Part shown: piece after piece, positions 1 to 12,854 of the stretch
Position numbering within the stretch: the stretch's first letter is position 1
Layout: the number at the start of each line of letters is the position of its first letter
NCBI GenBank assembly: GCA_000004695.1
Contig: CM000154.2
Span: 2,464,001 to 2,528,000 of the forward strand
Length of the DNA stretch: 64,000 bases
Reading direction: 5' to 3'
Source of the DNA: Dictyostelium discoideum
Taxonomy: Eukaryota
The notes under the pieces: model-generated
Database searches by the model: none
The model's input: only the letters and a program-made list of their open reading frames with translations
Told to the model about the DNA's origin: nothing
Program-made: the position numbers and the translations under genes

Positions 1-365
1 ATATTAACTAAAAAAATAAAAATAAAAAAACAAAATTTAATTTGTTGTGACATTTTAAAATTTTTTTTTTTTTTTTTCACTAAAATTATTTCACAAAATT
101 TAATTAAATCAGTAAATGAAAAAAAAAGTATAAATAAAAATATGTATTTTAAGTTTTTAGACACCAATAATTTCAATTTTCAAACACCATACATAAAAAT
201 AGGATGCAAAGTTTAAATAATAATAATAATAATAACCAAAAAAAAAAGGAAAAACATAAAAAAAAAAAAAAGAATTTGAAATTATAATTTTTAAATTATT
301 TCTTAAACCAAAAAAAAAAAAGAAAAAAAAAACATATTTTCACAAAAAAAAAAAAAAAAAAACAA

Positions 366-398
<33 letters not shown>

Positions 399-401
399 TT
401 T

Positions 402-434
<33 letters not shown>

Positions 435-467
435 CATTTTCGTCAATTATAAAAAAAGAATATCAAA

Positions 468-1096
468 ATGAGTAAAAATAATAATAATAATAATGGTGGT
501 GAAAGAATCCAACCAATTGAAAACAATGATAATATTCATATGTATAGTTTACCATCAACACAAATTAATGAAGATAAAGTAAAACCAACTGGAATTATTG
601 ATGGTTTATTAAATATTAATGTTTCAGAAATACCATGTTTTAAATCATCAATGCTATATGCAGTTGGTGGTGCTATGGGTGTATTAGCAGTAACCTCACT
701 TATTCCATCTTTAAGAACAAGTAATTATTAATTTTTATTTTCTTTTTTTTTTTATTTTTTTTTTTAATTTCTTACTTACATTTTTTTACCTGAAAATTAC
801 AGAAAGATTTGGACCAGCAGATTATGGTGTTTGGACATTTTTAGGTATTGCAAGTTTATCTTGGTAAATATATTGATTTATTTTTTTTTTTTTTTTTTCA
901 ATATCATGATTATATAAAATTTTCTAATAATAATTATAATTATAATAATAATAATTTTTATTTTAGGCCAATTTGTGATTATAACCACAAATTACACAAT
1001 AAAAGGGTTAAATTATTAATGGATGCACAAGTAGCTGAAATGAATAGAAAGATGAGTGAGAAGATTGAAACAGAAAAAGAGGATCAAAAAAAATAA
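468..1096 (+). CDS. cox20: COX20 cytochrome c oxidase assembly protein (3 exons, ~147 aa)
   Basis: Exons ~468-720, 803-863, 967-1096. Donor GTAATT at 721; acceptors cag|803 and tag|967. The spliced frame gives ...IPCFKSSMLYAVGGAMGVLAVTSLIPSLRTKRFGPADYGVWTFLGIASLSWPICDYNHKLHNKRVK..., which parallels human COX20 (..TPCARHSILYGSLGSVVAGFGHFLFTSRIRR..GGFILVTLGCWFHCRYNYAKQRIQ), including two TM helices and the conserved P-C and C-x-Y motifs. Confidence 0.65.
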
Positions 1097-1173
1097 TATA
1101 ATTTAATAGTTTTTATATTGAAAAAAAAAGAAAAAAAGAAAAAAAGCACAGATGATTTTAAAATATTTTATTA

Positions 1174-1236
1174 TGGCGGATTCAAAATTAATGTGGCGGA
1201 TTCAAAATTAATGTGGCGAATTCAAATATTAAATAC
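1174..1236. repeat. ~21-bp tandem repeat (TGGCGGATTCAAAATTAATG) x ~3 in 3' flank of cox20
   Basis: Direct reading: ggcggattcaaaattaatgtggcggattcaaaattaatgtggcgaattcaaatattaa. It is followed at 1437-1496 by (ATTTTATTTTTA)n 12-bp tandem repeats. Confidence 0.8.
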
Positions 1237-1436
1237 TTGGCTATTTAAATAAATTTTCCCCGAAAAGAAGAAAAAAAAAAAAGAAAGGGAAAGAAAATAA
1301 TTTTGCCCCTTTGGTGTTTTTTTTTGGTTTTTTTTTTTTTTTATTTTTTAAAATTTTAATGTTAATTTTATTTAATTCTATTTTTTTAATTTTATTTTTA
1401 TAAAATATAAATAATTTTTATTTATTTTCATTTTTA

Positions 1437-1496
1437 ATTTTATTTTTAATTTTATTTTTAATTTTATTTTTAATTTTATTTTTAATTTCATTTTAA
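1437..1496. repeat. 12-bp tandem repeat (ATTTTATTTTTA)n x5
   Basis: ttttaattttatttttaattttatttttaattttatttttaattttatttttaatttca. Confidence 0.8.
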
Positions 1497-2604
1497 TTCC
1501 AACCATCAAAAATAATTATATTTACAAGGTGGTCCACCTGCCAAGCATCAATTGATATCATTGAACAAATAAAGCTTCATGCCAGTGTTTACATTCAAAT
1601 AAGAAAATTTTAAATAGATCAATCAATTTAGGTGACGGTCATGTGTTGACAACTAATGAATAAAATAATACCCAAAAATTTTTGAAAGTATTAAAATGGC
1701 TCATGGAGCATTGGGTTTATTGAACCATTATAAAATAAAAAGAAAAAAAAGAATAAAAAAACAAAAATAAAATAAAATTTTGAAAAAAAAAATAACTTTC
1801 AGACTAAACGCATTGCATCCAATGAAATCGAAAATAAAAAAAATAAAAAAAATAAAAAATACCACACACCAAAATGATCATGTCAGTTTTTTATTTTTTT
1901 TTTCATTTTATTTTTTTCAAAAATATAATTTTTTTTTTTTTTTTTTTATTTTTTTTTTAAATAGTAATCAAAAAAAAAAAAAAAAGATATTTTCGAAAAA
2001 TTCAACTAATCAAACTTTGATTAAAAAAAAAAAAGTGAAAAAAAAAAAGTGTTTAGAAAAAAAATGAAAAAAAAAATGAAAAAGATCTAGATCAAAATCT
2101 TTTTTTTTTTTTATTTATATTTTTTTTTTGTTATTATTTTTAATTAAAATAAAAAATTAAGAAATAAAATAAAAATTGTAAAATGAATTATTGTTTGAAA
2201 AATTGGAAAAGAATACTCGCTCTCATATTACCTTGTACAATTAATATTAAAAAAAAAAAAATATTTTTAATAAAAAAAAGTTATTTTTAGTTTAAAATTG
2301 ATGAGAACCAAAATCAAACATTTGATATGGAGGATTTTTAACCACGCACTATCAAAAAAAAAAAAAATATCAACCAAAAGGTTAGGTTTTTTGAAAATTT
2401 TTTTTTTTACGAAAAGCATTCAACTGTAACAAAAAAAAAAATGGTTCACATAAAAAAATTTAAAAATATCTAGCCCAACGAGTTGATTGTATTCGAAATG
2501 ATTTGATTGGTTGCATATAATTTAAAAATAAGTTTTTATAAAAAATAAAAAAAAAATTACAAAGTGAATAAAAAAAAAAAAAAATTAAAAAATTAAAAAT
2601 AGCA

Positions 2605-2649
<45 letters not shown>

Positions 2650-3249
2650 ATCAATTAGTTTTTGTGTTGTAAACTTGTGGATGAAGTTGTTTTGAAGAGA
2701 AAGAGATTGTGTGTATTTTCAATATAGATTTTATCAAAATATCAAAAAAAAGTTATCATTATCAAATTTTTTTTTGAAAGTAAGTAAAAATTATTTTTTC
2801 AGCAAACTCAGTTTCAACGAACACTTCTGAAAATGTTGCCCAACATCTCAAAATCAAATATGAAAAACAAATTAGATTTTAGCTATTAACCCAAAACCTT
2901 TTTTTTTTTTTTAACCATTTTCTTTTATTTTTTTTTTATTTATTTTTTTATTTACCTTTTTTTTTCATTTTTTTATTTTTTTTTTTCTATACATTTTATT
3001 TATTCATTTAAAAAAAAAAAAAAAAAAAATAGATCATCACACAAATATATTATTTATATATTTTTTTTTAAATATATATTATATAAATAATTATTTGTAA
3101 TCTATTAATTCTAATTTGTTTTTTATATATATCACATTTTAGAACACACAATCATATTTAAAATTCTTTTTATTATTTATTATTATTAATTTTTGTATAA
3201 TTAAAATCATAAACAAACACACATACACACATAAAATTATTTTCACAAA

Positions 3250-3617
3250 ATGAGTTCTCACAAAACCTCATCAAAGTCCTCATCATCAAATAGCTCAATG
3301 AGTATGATATTGGGATTTTCTAAATCATTAGAGAAAGGTAAAATATTAGACAATTAAATATAAATAATTATTTCAATTAATAATATTAATGTAAACACTT
3401 TTTTTTATTCTTTTTTATTTTAATTTTTTATTTAGGGTCTTTTGGTGTTTTGTATGCTATGATCAAAGGAAACACATTCCCAAGAATATTGACCATCTTA
3501 AGTTTGTTGATAGAGTTTTGTCGTATGTATAAAATAAAAATAACCGCGGGGTTGATGTTATTGATTTTTTTTTTATTTTTATTTTTATTTTTTTTTTTTT
3601 TTGTGATTTCCAAAATA

Positions 3618-3654
<37 letters not shown>

Positions 3655-6600
3655 CCCAAAATTTTTCATTTTCCAAAAGTCACATGCCCACTGACAAATT
3701 TTAATTAATTAACCCCTTAATCTGTTTCTATTTTAACCAATCACAATTTTCCAAAAAAAAATAAACCCAAACCCAAAAAAAAAAAAAAAAAAAAAATAAT
3801 AAAAAATTAATAATAAAATAATAAATAAAAAAATAATAATAAAAAATTTAATAAAAAATTAAATAATAATAATAAATAAAAATAAAATTACAATGAATAG
3901 AATTATCATCTTTTGGTTTTAAACATCAATATCCATGGGGTGGTGATGCTGGATAGTAAGTTTTTAATTTATTGTTATACCAAAATAATTAAATAGCTTT
4001 TTAACAAATTTTTTATTATATTATTATTATAATTATTATTACTTTTAAAAAATTATTAGTTATTTAAAAAAAATTATGTCACCAATTAGTCATCCATCAG
4101 ATGTTATTGGGTATACTGGTTTTACAATCTTTTTTTGGATTGTCATTGGTTTGATGTTATTAGGTTTTTTAAATATTTGGTATGTTGCATATCAATTTTA
4201 TCGTGGTAAAATTGCAAATATTTGGATTATTAGAACTCTTCGTTGGTTTGTTAGTACTACTGTAGCAGTTTTATTTATTCCAATCATTTCCTTACTTTTA
4301 ATTGGTTTGGATTGTGAGTACACAAGTAAAGGTGCTTTTCTTAGAAAGTTTGGTGGTGAAAATATTTATTGTTATAAAGGTGCAAACTTACCAATTGCAA
4401 TTATTTCAATTATTTTTATTATTTTTTTCAGTCAAGTTGGTTTTACATCAAGTGCAACCTATTATGAATATGATCCAAATGTTAAATCAAGATTTGCTAA
4501 ACCACATGCAAGAGTAAGATATTTTCTTTTTATTTTGTTTTATTTTTAAACTTTTTACTAATTTTTATTTTTTATTTTTATTATTAAATTATTTAGTTAG
4601 ATGTTATTATTTTATTAGTAAAACTTATTCTTGCATTATTAAATTCATTAGTTGATTTTTCACCATGGACAACATCAATTGTATTTTTTATTTTATCATT
4701 AGCATTAGTACTTGGATCAATTTTAGTTTTACCATATAATAATCAAAGATTAAATCAAATAAAGAGTGGATTTTATGCAACAGTATTTTGGGTATCATTT
4801 ATGACATTGGTAAATATGGGCATTAATGATGAAACATCACCAGCTACATGTTATGTTACAATTGTTGGTGTATTCTTTGCTTTTCCAGTTGGTTACTTTT
4901 CCAATAGATTATTTTATAAATTTTTATGTTCAAAGATTAACCAATTAAGAATTCCATCAACTTTATCAACTATGGATCTTCATGAAAATAAAGATAAAGA
5001 AAATGATAAATATGAAACTCATACTTCAAGAGTAACATGGGGTAGACAACCAGTAACATTGGGTAGTAAAAGACAAATTATACTTCCATTTTTCGGTAGT
5101 AAATTTGCATTTCCATTCTTTGTTGAAATCATGGCAAGAAAATTATTAAGAGGTAGTAATGAAGGTGTTTCAAGTAGTCCAATTGAATCAATTGAACGTG
5201 CAAATAATCTTTATCAATGTGGTTTACAATATTTCCCAAATTCAGATATATTATGGATGGCATATTGTAACTTTTTATTCACAGTTAGAAAAGATAGACA
5301 TATCGGTTATGCTGCATTAGAAAAACTTAGAAGAATGAATCCTTCTTTCGATGTTCGTTTCTTCATTTATCAACGTGATAAAGAAAGAGAACAAATTATG
5401 GATTCAGATTTACGTGGTCCAGAACATACAGGTAAAATTCAAGATTTCGTCAGTTACATGGAATTTAAAAAACTTTATTATGGTGCTAAAAGACATCATG
5501 TTAAATGTTTAACATATATTAAAAAGTTTTGGGGTTTATTATTACATGAAACAGTTGATCTTCATCGTTTATCAGATTTATCAGGTCGTATTGCAACAAC
5601 TGAAAATAAAGCAAATGAAAGTTATGAACGTTTGTTAGCACTCAATCCAAATTCAGTTAGAGTACTTCGTGATTATTCTCAATTCCTTGAAGAAGTTGTA
5701 AGAGATAAAGAATCATCATATAAATTACAAAAGAAAGCAGAAGCAATCGAAGACATCATGAGTAAAAGTCAAACAACTGATTTTAAAACAATTGATATTA
5801 AAAATTTAGAAGACTCTGATACAGAAGTTGATCAAGTATTAAAACAAGAACCAAATGCAATTCAATTGGCAAAGATTGATGCAGATATTGAAAAATCAGG
5901 ATCAAAATCAGGATCATCAAAATCAAAAGATGATTCATCAGAATCAAGTAGTTCATCAAAAGGTAGAAGTAATAAATATAAGGAATTCCAACAAAGTAAT
6001 GCAATTAACAAACTTTCATGGTTAATGATTGGTACAACTGCATGTTGTGTTATTTATTTAATTATTGTTTTGGTTGTATTCAGAGGATTGGCAGTTAAAC
6101 ACACCAATGCATATCAAGGTATTTTATCAATTACAGATTGTGCAACTGAAGCAGTTTCAATTGCAATCAATTTAAATACTATGCAAGCATATGCATTAGG
6201 TGCTGGCTTAAGTTTCCCAATTGAGGCAGCTGTTGAACAAATTAATATTTTAAAAGCTCAAAACGATAGAAGTTTAATTATAATGAAAAATATCCATGAT
6301 GCAATTTATTGGGGTGAAGGTAATCCAGCTGCATATGTTGGTGATAATTTATCCAAATTAAAAGATAGAAATGGTATTGATGTTTTCGATATTGGTTCAA
6401 CCATTTTCACATTTGATCAATTCAATCGTTCAAACACCGTTTTAGAAAATAAAAGAATGATTCAAATTTATAGTGAACCATCAGTCAATATGTCAATTTT
6501 GGTTGCACCAAAAGGGACCAATACAACTACTCATTATTCTCAAACTTATAACGCTTGGAAAGCTGGCAATGCTTTCATTGAAAGTGCAATCATAGCCAAT

Positions 6601-8115
6601 AAATTATCAGTTTATGATTTCATAAATGGTTCCACAAATCCAGATTTGAAGTTTGTAATTTTAAATGCACCAAGCAATATTCCAGATATTTATTTAAAAA
6701 TACAACAAGCTTATATAGATTCTTTGGTTGACAATATTATGAACACTTTGAATACGATCCTTTACGTTTGGTTGGCCATTTTTGGTTTTCTTGTTGTTAT
6801 TGGTGCTGTTTTATTCCGTCCAATTGTTAGAAAGATTTCTCGTGAAAAGATTCGTACACTTGTATTATTTTCATTGGCACCAAGAGATGTGGTAATTAAA
6901 CTTTCAACAAAGAAAATTAAAATGGTTAGTTTAGATAGTGGTAGTGAACGTGATAATCTTTTCGATACAACTGACGATGATGATGGACGTGATGATCACG
7001 AACATCTTCACCATGATAGTGATAATACCCCCACAGGAGAAAGAAAAAAGAACGACGATATTGTATCAATTAATGTTACTGATCCAACTGGTGCAACTCT
7101 CTCTTTATCTCCATCCAATCCAAGAAAACATTCTCAATCCTCAGATAATGAAGCAGAAAACCGTTCATCCAACAAAAGCAACAATCAATTTGGTGATCGT
7201 CGTCCATTAATGGATTCAACTGGTGTTTTAGCATCGACAACTTTAAATAATAGAAAATCCAATGAAGAAAAACCAAAATCAGAAGAAGAAAGCAGAGATG
7301 AATATAATAAGAAATATGGTTGGGATGGAAAGACTAAAAGAAATTTAAATAAGAAATCACTCAGATCAGTATTGAGACGTCTTCATTGGTCTTATGTTTT
7401 AGCAATCTTTTTATTATTTGGTTTTATTACAATGGGTATTTGGGTATCATTTACAGTTGTATTTAATAACTCACAATCTGGCTATACCTTGGGTAAAAGT
7501 AGTACAAGAGCATTAAACAGTCGTATCATTAATTTCTATGTAGCTGAACTATATACATTTGATAATGACGCAAACGAACAAAAAGCAATGGACGCTGTAA
7601 CCCATTTACAAGAGAACCATCAATCATTACCATACCTTGAAGAGGTTAGACCATTGATGGAAGGCTCCTATGGTTGTTGGATGCTTAATAAAAGTGATTG
7701 TCTTACAAGAGATTCAATTTATTATTCTGATGTCAGTGTTGGTCTTGACTGGTTAATCGATCAATATGCAAAACACTGTGTATCTCTATTCAACACTGAT
7801 TCTGCAACTCTTGGAACAAGTCCAGAGTTGGCCTGGTTACAAGCAATTGGCTCAAACGTAATGTTCCAAGGCTTGGATACTGCAACTTTTACTTATTTCG
7901 AATACTACCTCTCACTACAAGATTGGGCCACAAAAGTTTTGACTTCAGTTTTAGCTGTTAGTTGTGTTTTATTAGTAATTATATATCTTGTATTATTTAG
8001 ACCATTTATGAATCATCTTAGGATTCAACATATTCATACTTTGGCCTTATTACGTTTAGCTCCTGACGATATTAGATTCATGGAAGTTAGTGATAAAGTT
8101 ATTGACGAAGATTAA
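3250..8115 (+). CDS. Paralogue A of a large (~1400 aa) multi-pass membrane protein with central TPR-like soluble domain (possibly 'tiny macrocysts' Tmc-like family), 5 exons
   Basis: Exons ~3250-3337, 3436-3522, 3901-3955, 4060-4513, 4597-8115 (the last contains the 1104-aa ORF 4801-8115). Splice phases are consistent (1,1,2,0). All exon lengths are identical to paralogue B (88, 87, 55, 454 nt). There are hydrophobic TM segments in exons 4-5 and again at the C-terminus, and a TPR/HAT-like block (CGLQYFPNSDILWMAYCNFLFTVRKDRHIGYAALEKLRRMNPSFDVRFFIYQ...). The family assignment is from memory only. Confidence 0.7.
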
Positions 8116-8300
8116 AAAAAATTAAAATGAAAAAGAAAAGGATTTTTTTGTGTATATTAAAAAAAAAAGAAAAAAAAAAAAAAGAAAAAGAAAAAAAAAA
8201 ACTACAACTTTGTAAAGTAAAAAAAAAAAAAAAAACCTTTAATAAAAATCTAAAACATTTCTATTTATTTAATATTTTTTGTTGAGGTTGATAATTTGAG

Positions 8301-8332
<32 letters not shown>

Positions 8333-8425
8333 CAACCCCTATTTTTACAAATCTGATTTTTAAATTCCTCTTCGGAAATTTAAAAACATTTTTTTTTTTT
8401 TTAGTTGGAGTTAAAAATCTTTTTG

Positions 8426-8492
8426 ATTTTCATGAAATTAAAAAAAAAAAACTGTTTAAAACTTAAACAGTTTCAATTTCATGAAATATTTA
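8426..8492. repeat. Nested imperfect palindrome/hairpin in the A-B intergenic spacer
   Basis: tttcatgaaatt-A10-aactgtttaaaac|ttaaacagtttcaatttcatgaaat. The inner stem is aaactgtttaa/ttaaacagttt and the outer stem is ttcatgaaatt/aatttcatgaa. Confidence 0.6.
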
Positions 8493-8596
8493 CTATCAAA
8501 AAATTTTATTTTTAAATTATTAATCATGTTGCGCAATAGTGACGGATATGTCATTGAAAAAAAAAATTTTTAACAAAAATAAGTATTTTGGGTTTA

Positions 8597-8634
<38 letters not shown>

Positions 8635-9125
8635 AAAATAAAAATTTAATCAGTAAATTTTAAAAATATTAAAATTGTCACCATTAAAATGCCAAAAGGC
8701 CAAAGTTTTTCAGCTAATTAATTACCATGTACAAAAAAAAAAAAAATGTTTACACCCAATCAGTCAAAATAAAATTTCTCATATTTCACTTACCGATTCG
8801 AAAACAGTTATTTTAAAAACCATGACAAAAAAAAAAAATTTCAAAAAAAAAAAATTAAAAAAAAACTGTAGATATTTTTTTGATGCCCAACCAAATCTCA
8901 TTCTCAACTTATCTATAAAAAACCACTATCGTCTTTAATGTTTTATTTTTTTTTTTATTTTATTTTTAATTTTTTCTTTTTTTCTTTTTTTTTTTTTTTT
9001 AAAAAAAAATATACCTATAAATTTCTTTTTTTTAATTTTTTTTATTTTTAACAAATCAAAACTATATTTTACCTTTGACACGGTTCTTATATATAATATA
9101 TAATATTCTACTCATTGTTGGGTTT

Positions 9126-9128
<3 letters not shown>

Positions 9129-9183
<55 letters not shown>
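9129..9183. repeat. poly(A) homopolymer (~55 nt) in promoter of paralogue B
   Basis: An uninterrupted A run. Similar runs at 2601-2645, 8299-8330 and 9348-9400, and T runs at 3621-3655 and 28827-28872. Confidence 0.9.
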
Positions 9184-9186
<3 letters not shown>

Positions 9187-9230
9187 ATTTGATTAGGAGA
9201 TAATATCTCTTTTCAAAAAAAAAGAAAAAA

Positions 9231-9347
9231 ATGTCATCAACTAAATCAGGTTCCTCAAAATACTCATCTGGAAGTTCCATTAGTTTAATAATGGGTTTTT
9301 CCAGATCATTAGAAAAAGGTAATAATTAGTTTTTAAGAGGGAAGTTC

Positions 9348-9403
<56 letters not shown>

Positions 9404-12400
9404 AAATTACTAAAACCAAAAAAATATTTATTAAAAAAAAAAAAAAAATACAGGATCATTTGGTGTTTTGTATGCAATGATCAAAGGAAATACATTCCCA
9501 AGAATATTAACTATCTTAAGTATGCTAATTGAGTTTTGCCGTATGTATAAATATAATTTTAATTTTTTTTTTTTTTTCTTTTTCACTTTTTTTTTAGTTT
9601 TCAATTTTTTTTTTTTTTTTTCAATGTTAGAGTTTTAATGAATAAAATTATTTAACTCTTTTAAATTTTATATCAATGAAATAGAATTATCATCATTTGG
9701 TTTTAAACATCAATATCCATGGGGTGGAGATGCTGGATAGTAAGTATTAATTTTTTTTTTATTATTATTTTAAAAAGAAAAATATTAATACTAACATTGT
9801 ATTAATTTTAAAAAGTTATTTAAAAAGAATTATGTCACCAGTAAGCCATCCATCAGATGTATTTGGTTACTTGGGATTTACAATTTTATTTTGGATTGCT
9901 GTTGGTTTATTGATTTTGGGTTTTTTAAATATTTGGTATGTTGCATATCAATTTTATCGTGGTAAAATTGCAAATATTTGGATTATTAGAACTCTTCGTT
10001 GGTTTGTAAGTTTCTCAGTGGCTGTATTATTTATTCCAATCATTTCCTTACTTTTAATTGGTTTGGATTGTGAAGGATCAAGTGAAGGTACCATCTTAAG
10101 AAAGTTTGACAATGAAACCATTCAATGCTTTAGAGGTGCAAATTTACCAATTGCCGTAATTTCAATTATTTTAATTGTAGTTTTCAGTATTGTTGCCTTT
10201 ACATCTAGTGCAACCTATTATGAATATGATACAAATGTTAAATCAAGATTTTCAAAACCACATGCAAGAGTAAGAAATATTATTATTATTATTATTATTT
10301 CTTTTTTAAATAATTTTATTAATTTTTATATATTTTTTTTTTTTTTTATAAAAAATATTTTTTAGTTTGATGTAACAGTTTTATTTGCAAAATTTGTGTT
10401 TGCATTTTTCAATTCATTAGTCGATTTTGTACCATGGTTAACATCAATAACATTTTTTGTTTTTATGGTGATATTAACTTTTGGATCAATTATTGTTTTA
10501 CCATATAATAATCAAAGATTAAATCAAGTTAGAAGTGGATTCTATACAGTTGTTCTTTGGGTATCATTTATGACATTGGTAACTATGGGTATTAATGATG
10601 AAACATCACCAGCTACATGTTATATTACAATTGTTGGTGTATTCTTTGCTTTTCCAATTGGATTTTTCTCAAATATGTTTTATTTCAAATGGTTATCATC
10701 AAAAGTTTCCGATATTCAAATTTTAAATCAAAGTCCAAGTATGGATCTTAAAGATGCCAATAAAAAAGGTAAACGTAATAGTGTTGAAAAAGAATCATCA
10801 CCAACATCAAAAGTAACATGGGGTAAACAACCAATTACATTGGGTAGTAAAAGACAAATCATTTTCCCATTCTTTAAAAAGAAGTTTGTAATGTCATTCT
10901 TTGTTGAAATCATGGCAAGATCAATATTAAATAATAACAATGAAGGTGTTTCAAGTAGTTCAAATGAGTCAATTGAACGTGCAAATAATCTTTATCAATG
11001 TGGTCTTCAATATTTCCCAAATTCAGATTTATTATGGATGGCATATTGTAACTTTTTATTCACAGTTAGAAAAGATAGACATATTGGTTATGCTGCATTA
11101 GAAAAACTTAGAAGAATGAAACCATCATTCGATGTTCGTTTCTTCATTTATCAACGTGATAAAGAAAGAGAACAAATTATGGATTCAGATTTACGTGGTC
11201 CAGAACATACAGGTAAAATTCAAGATTTTGTCAGTTACATGGAATTTAAAAAACTTTATTATGGTGCTAAAAGACATCATGTTAAATGTTTAAATTATAT
11301 TAAAAGATTTTGGGGTCATTTATTACATGAAACAGTTGATCTTCATCGTTTATCAGATTTATCAGGTCGTATTGCAACAACTGAAAATAAAGCAAATGAA
11401 AGTTATGAACGTTTGTTAGCACTCAATCCAAATTCAGTTAGAGTACTTCGTGATTATTCTCAATTCCTTGAAGAAGTTGTAAAAGATAAAGAATCATCAT
11501 ATAAATTACAAAAGAAAGCAGAAGCAATCGAAGATATCATGAGTAAAAGTCAAACAACTGATTTTAAAATTAGTGATATTAAAGCAATTGATTCCGATGA
11601 GGATGATATTGAAAAAACTCTTCAAGAACCAACAGCAATTCAATTGGCAAAGATTGATGCAGATATTGAAAAATCAGGATCAAAATCAGGATCATCAAAA
11701 TCAAAAGATGATTCATCAGAATCAAGTAGTTCATCAAAAGGTAGAAGAGGCAAATATAAGGAATTCCAACAAAGTAATGCAATTAACAAACTTTCATGGT
11801 TAATGATTGGTACAACATGTTGTTGTATTATATTTTTAATTGTTGTATTGGTTGTATTCAGAGGATTAGAAGTTAAACATACCAATGCATATCAAGGTAT
11901 CATTTCAATCACAGATTGTGCCAATGAAGCAGTTCAAATGGGTATGCATTTAAATGCAATGCAAGCATATGCTTTGGTTGCTGGTGTTGGTAATAATACA
12001 GTTGAAGCATCATTAATTGAAATTGCTAGAAGAAGAGCTTTGGTTAAAAGAGGCATTATCATTATGAAGAATATTCATGATGCAATTTATTGGGGTGAAG
12101 GTAATCCAGTTAGTTATGTTGGTGATAATTTATCCCAATTGAAAGCAAGAGATGGTTATGATATTTTCGATATTGGTTCAGTAATTTTCACATTTGATCA
12201 ATTCAATCGTTCAAGTACTTTATTGGATAATAAACAAATGATTGAACTTTACAGTCAGCCATCAGTCAATATGTCGGTTTTAGTTGCACCACCAGGTTCT
12301 AATACAACTTCACTCTATACTCAAACTTATAACGCTTGGAAAGCTGGTAATGCTTTCATTGAAAGTGCAATGCTTGCTAGTGATGTTACATTTGATGAGC

Positions 12401-12820
12401 TTAGATACTCTGTCAACCAAAATCCAAATTTCAAATTTGTAACAATTAACGCCCCAGTAATTATGCCAGATATTTATAATAAGGTTCAAACAGCTTATAT
12501 CGATTCATTGGTTTCCGATATCACTGGTACATTAGATGCAATTCTCTATACTTGGTGTGGTATTTTCGCTGTACTCTTTTTAATTTGTGCCGTTTTATTC
12601 CGTCCAATTGTTAGAAAGATTTCTCGTGAAAAGATTCGTACACTTGTATTATTTTCATTGGCACCAAAAGATGTTGTTGTTAAACTTTCAACAAAGAAAA
12701 TTAAAATGGTTAGTTTAGATAGTGGTAGTGAACGTGATAATCTTTTCGATACAACAGATGATGATGGACGTGATGATCATCTTGGAGAAGATGACAACAA
12801 TATTCAAACCCCAGTTGGTG

Positions 12821-12854
<34 letters not shown>

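Noticed and set aside
1780-2067. ORF 1780-2067 and many other 60-100 aa ORFs rich in F/K/I/N (e.g. 2460-2654, 3428-3704, 9280-9477, 21364-21583, 21705-21899, 39712-39915, 43769-43969, 50677-50952, 52329-52523)
   Set aside because: They are read-throughs of poly(A)/poly(T) homopolymers and AT microsatellites (poly-Phe/poly-Lys), with no codon structure. They are translation artefacts, not genes.
3550-3700. Possible intronic box C/D snoRNA in intron 2 of paralogue A (TGATGT ... CTGA)
   Set aside because: Box spacing (~140 nt), intervening T30 homopolymers and the lack of a terminal stem make it unconvincing. The element is not conserved in the corresponding intron of paralogue B.
4302-4517. 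Short ORFs overlapping real exons in other frames or on the opposite strand (4302-4517, 5798-6004, 6938-7276, 10728-10940, 11573-11885, 12722-12952, 15799-16008, 18895-19110, 25972-26193, 27918-28244, 38568-38750, 39146-39448, 41071-41262, 42194-42906, 44313-44531, 46810-46998, 47341-47556, 48591-48884, 55849-56228, 53433-53699, 61598-61801)
   Set aside because: Each lies inside a much longer ORF with clear homology and coding bias. Low-complexity coding repeats (poly-N/Q/S/D) are open in several frames.
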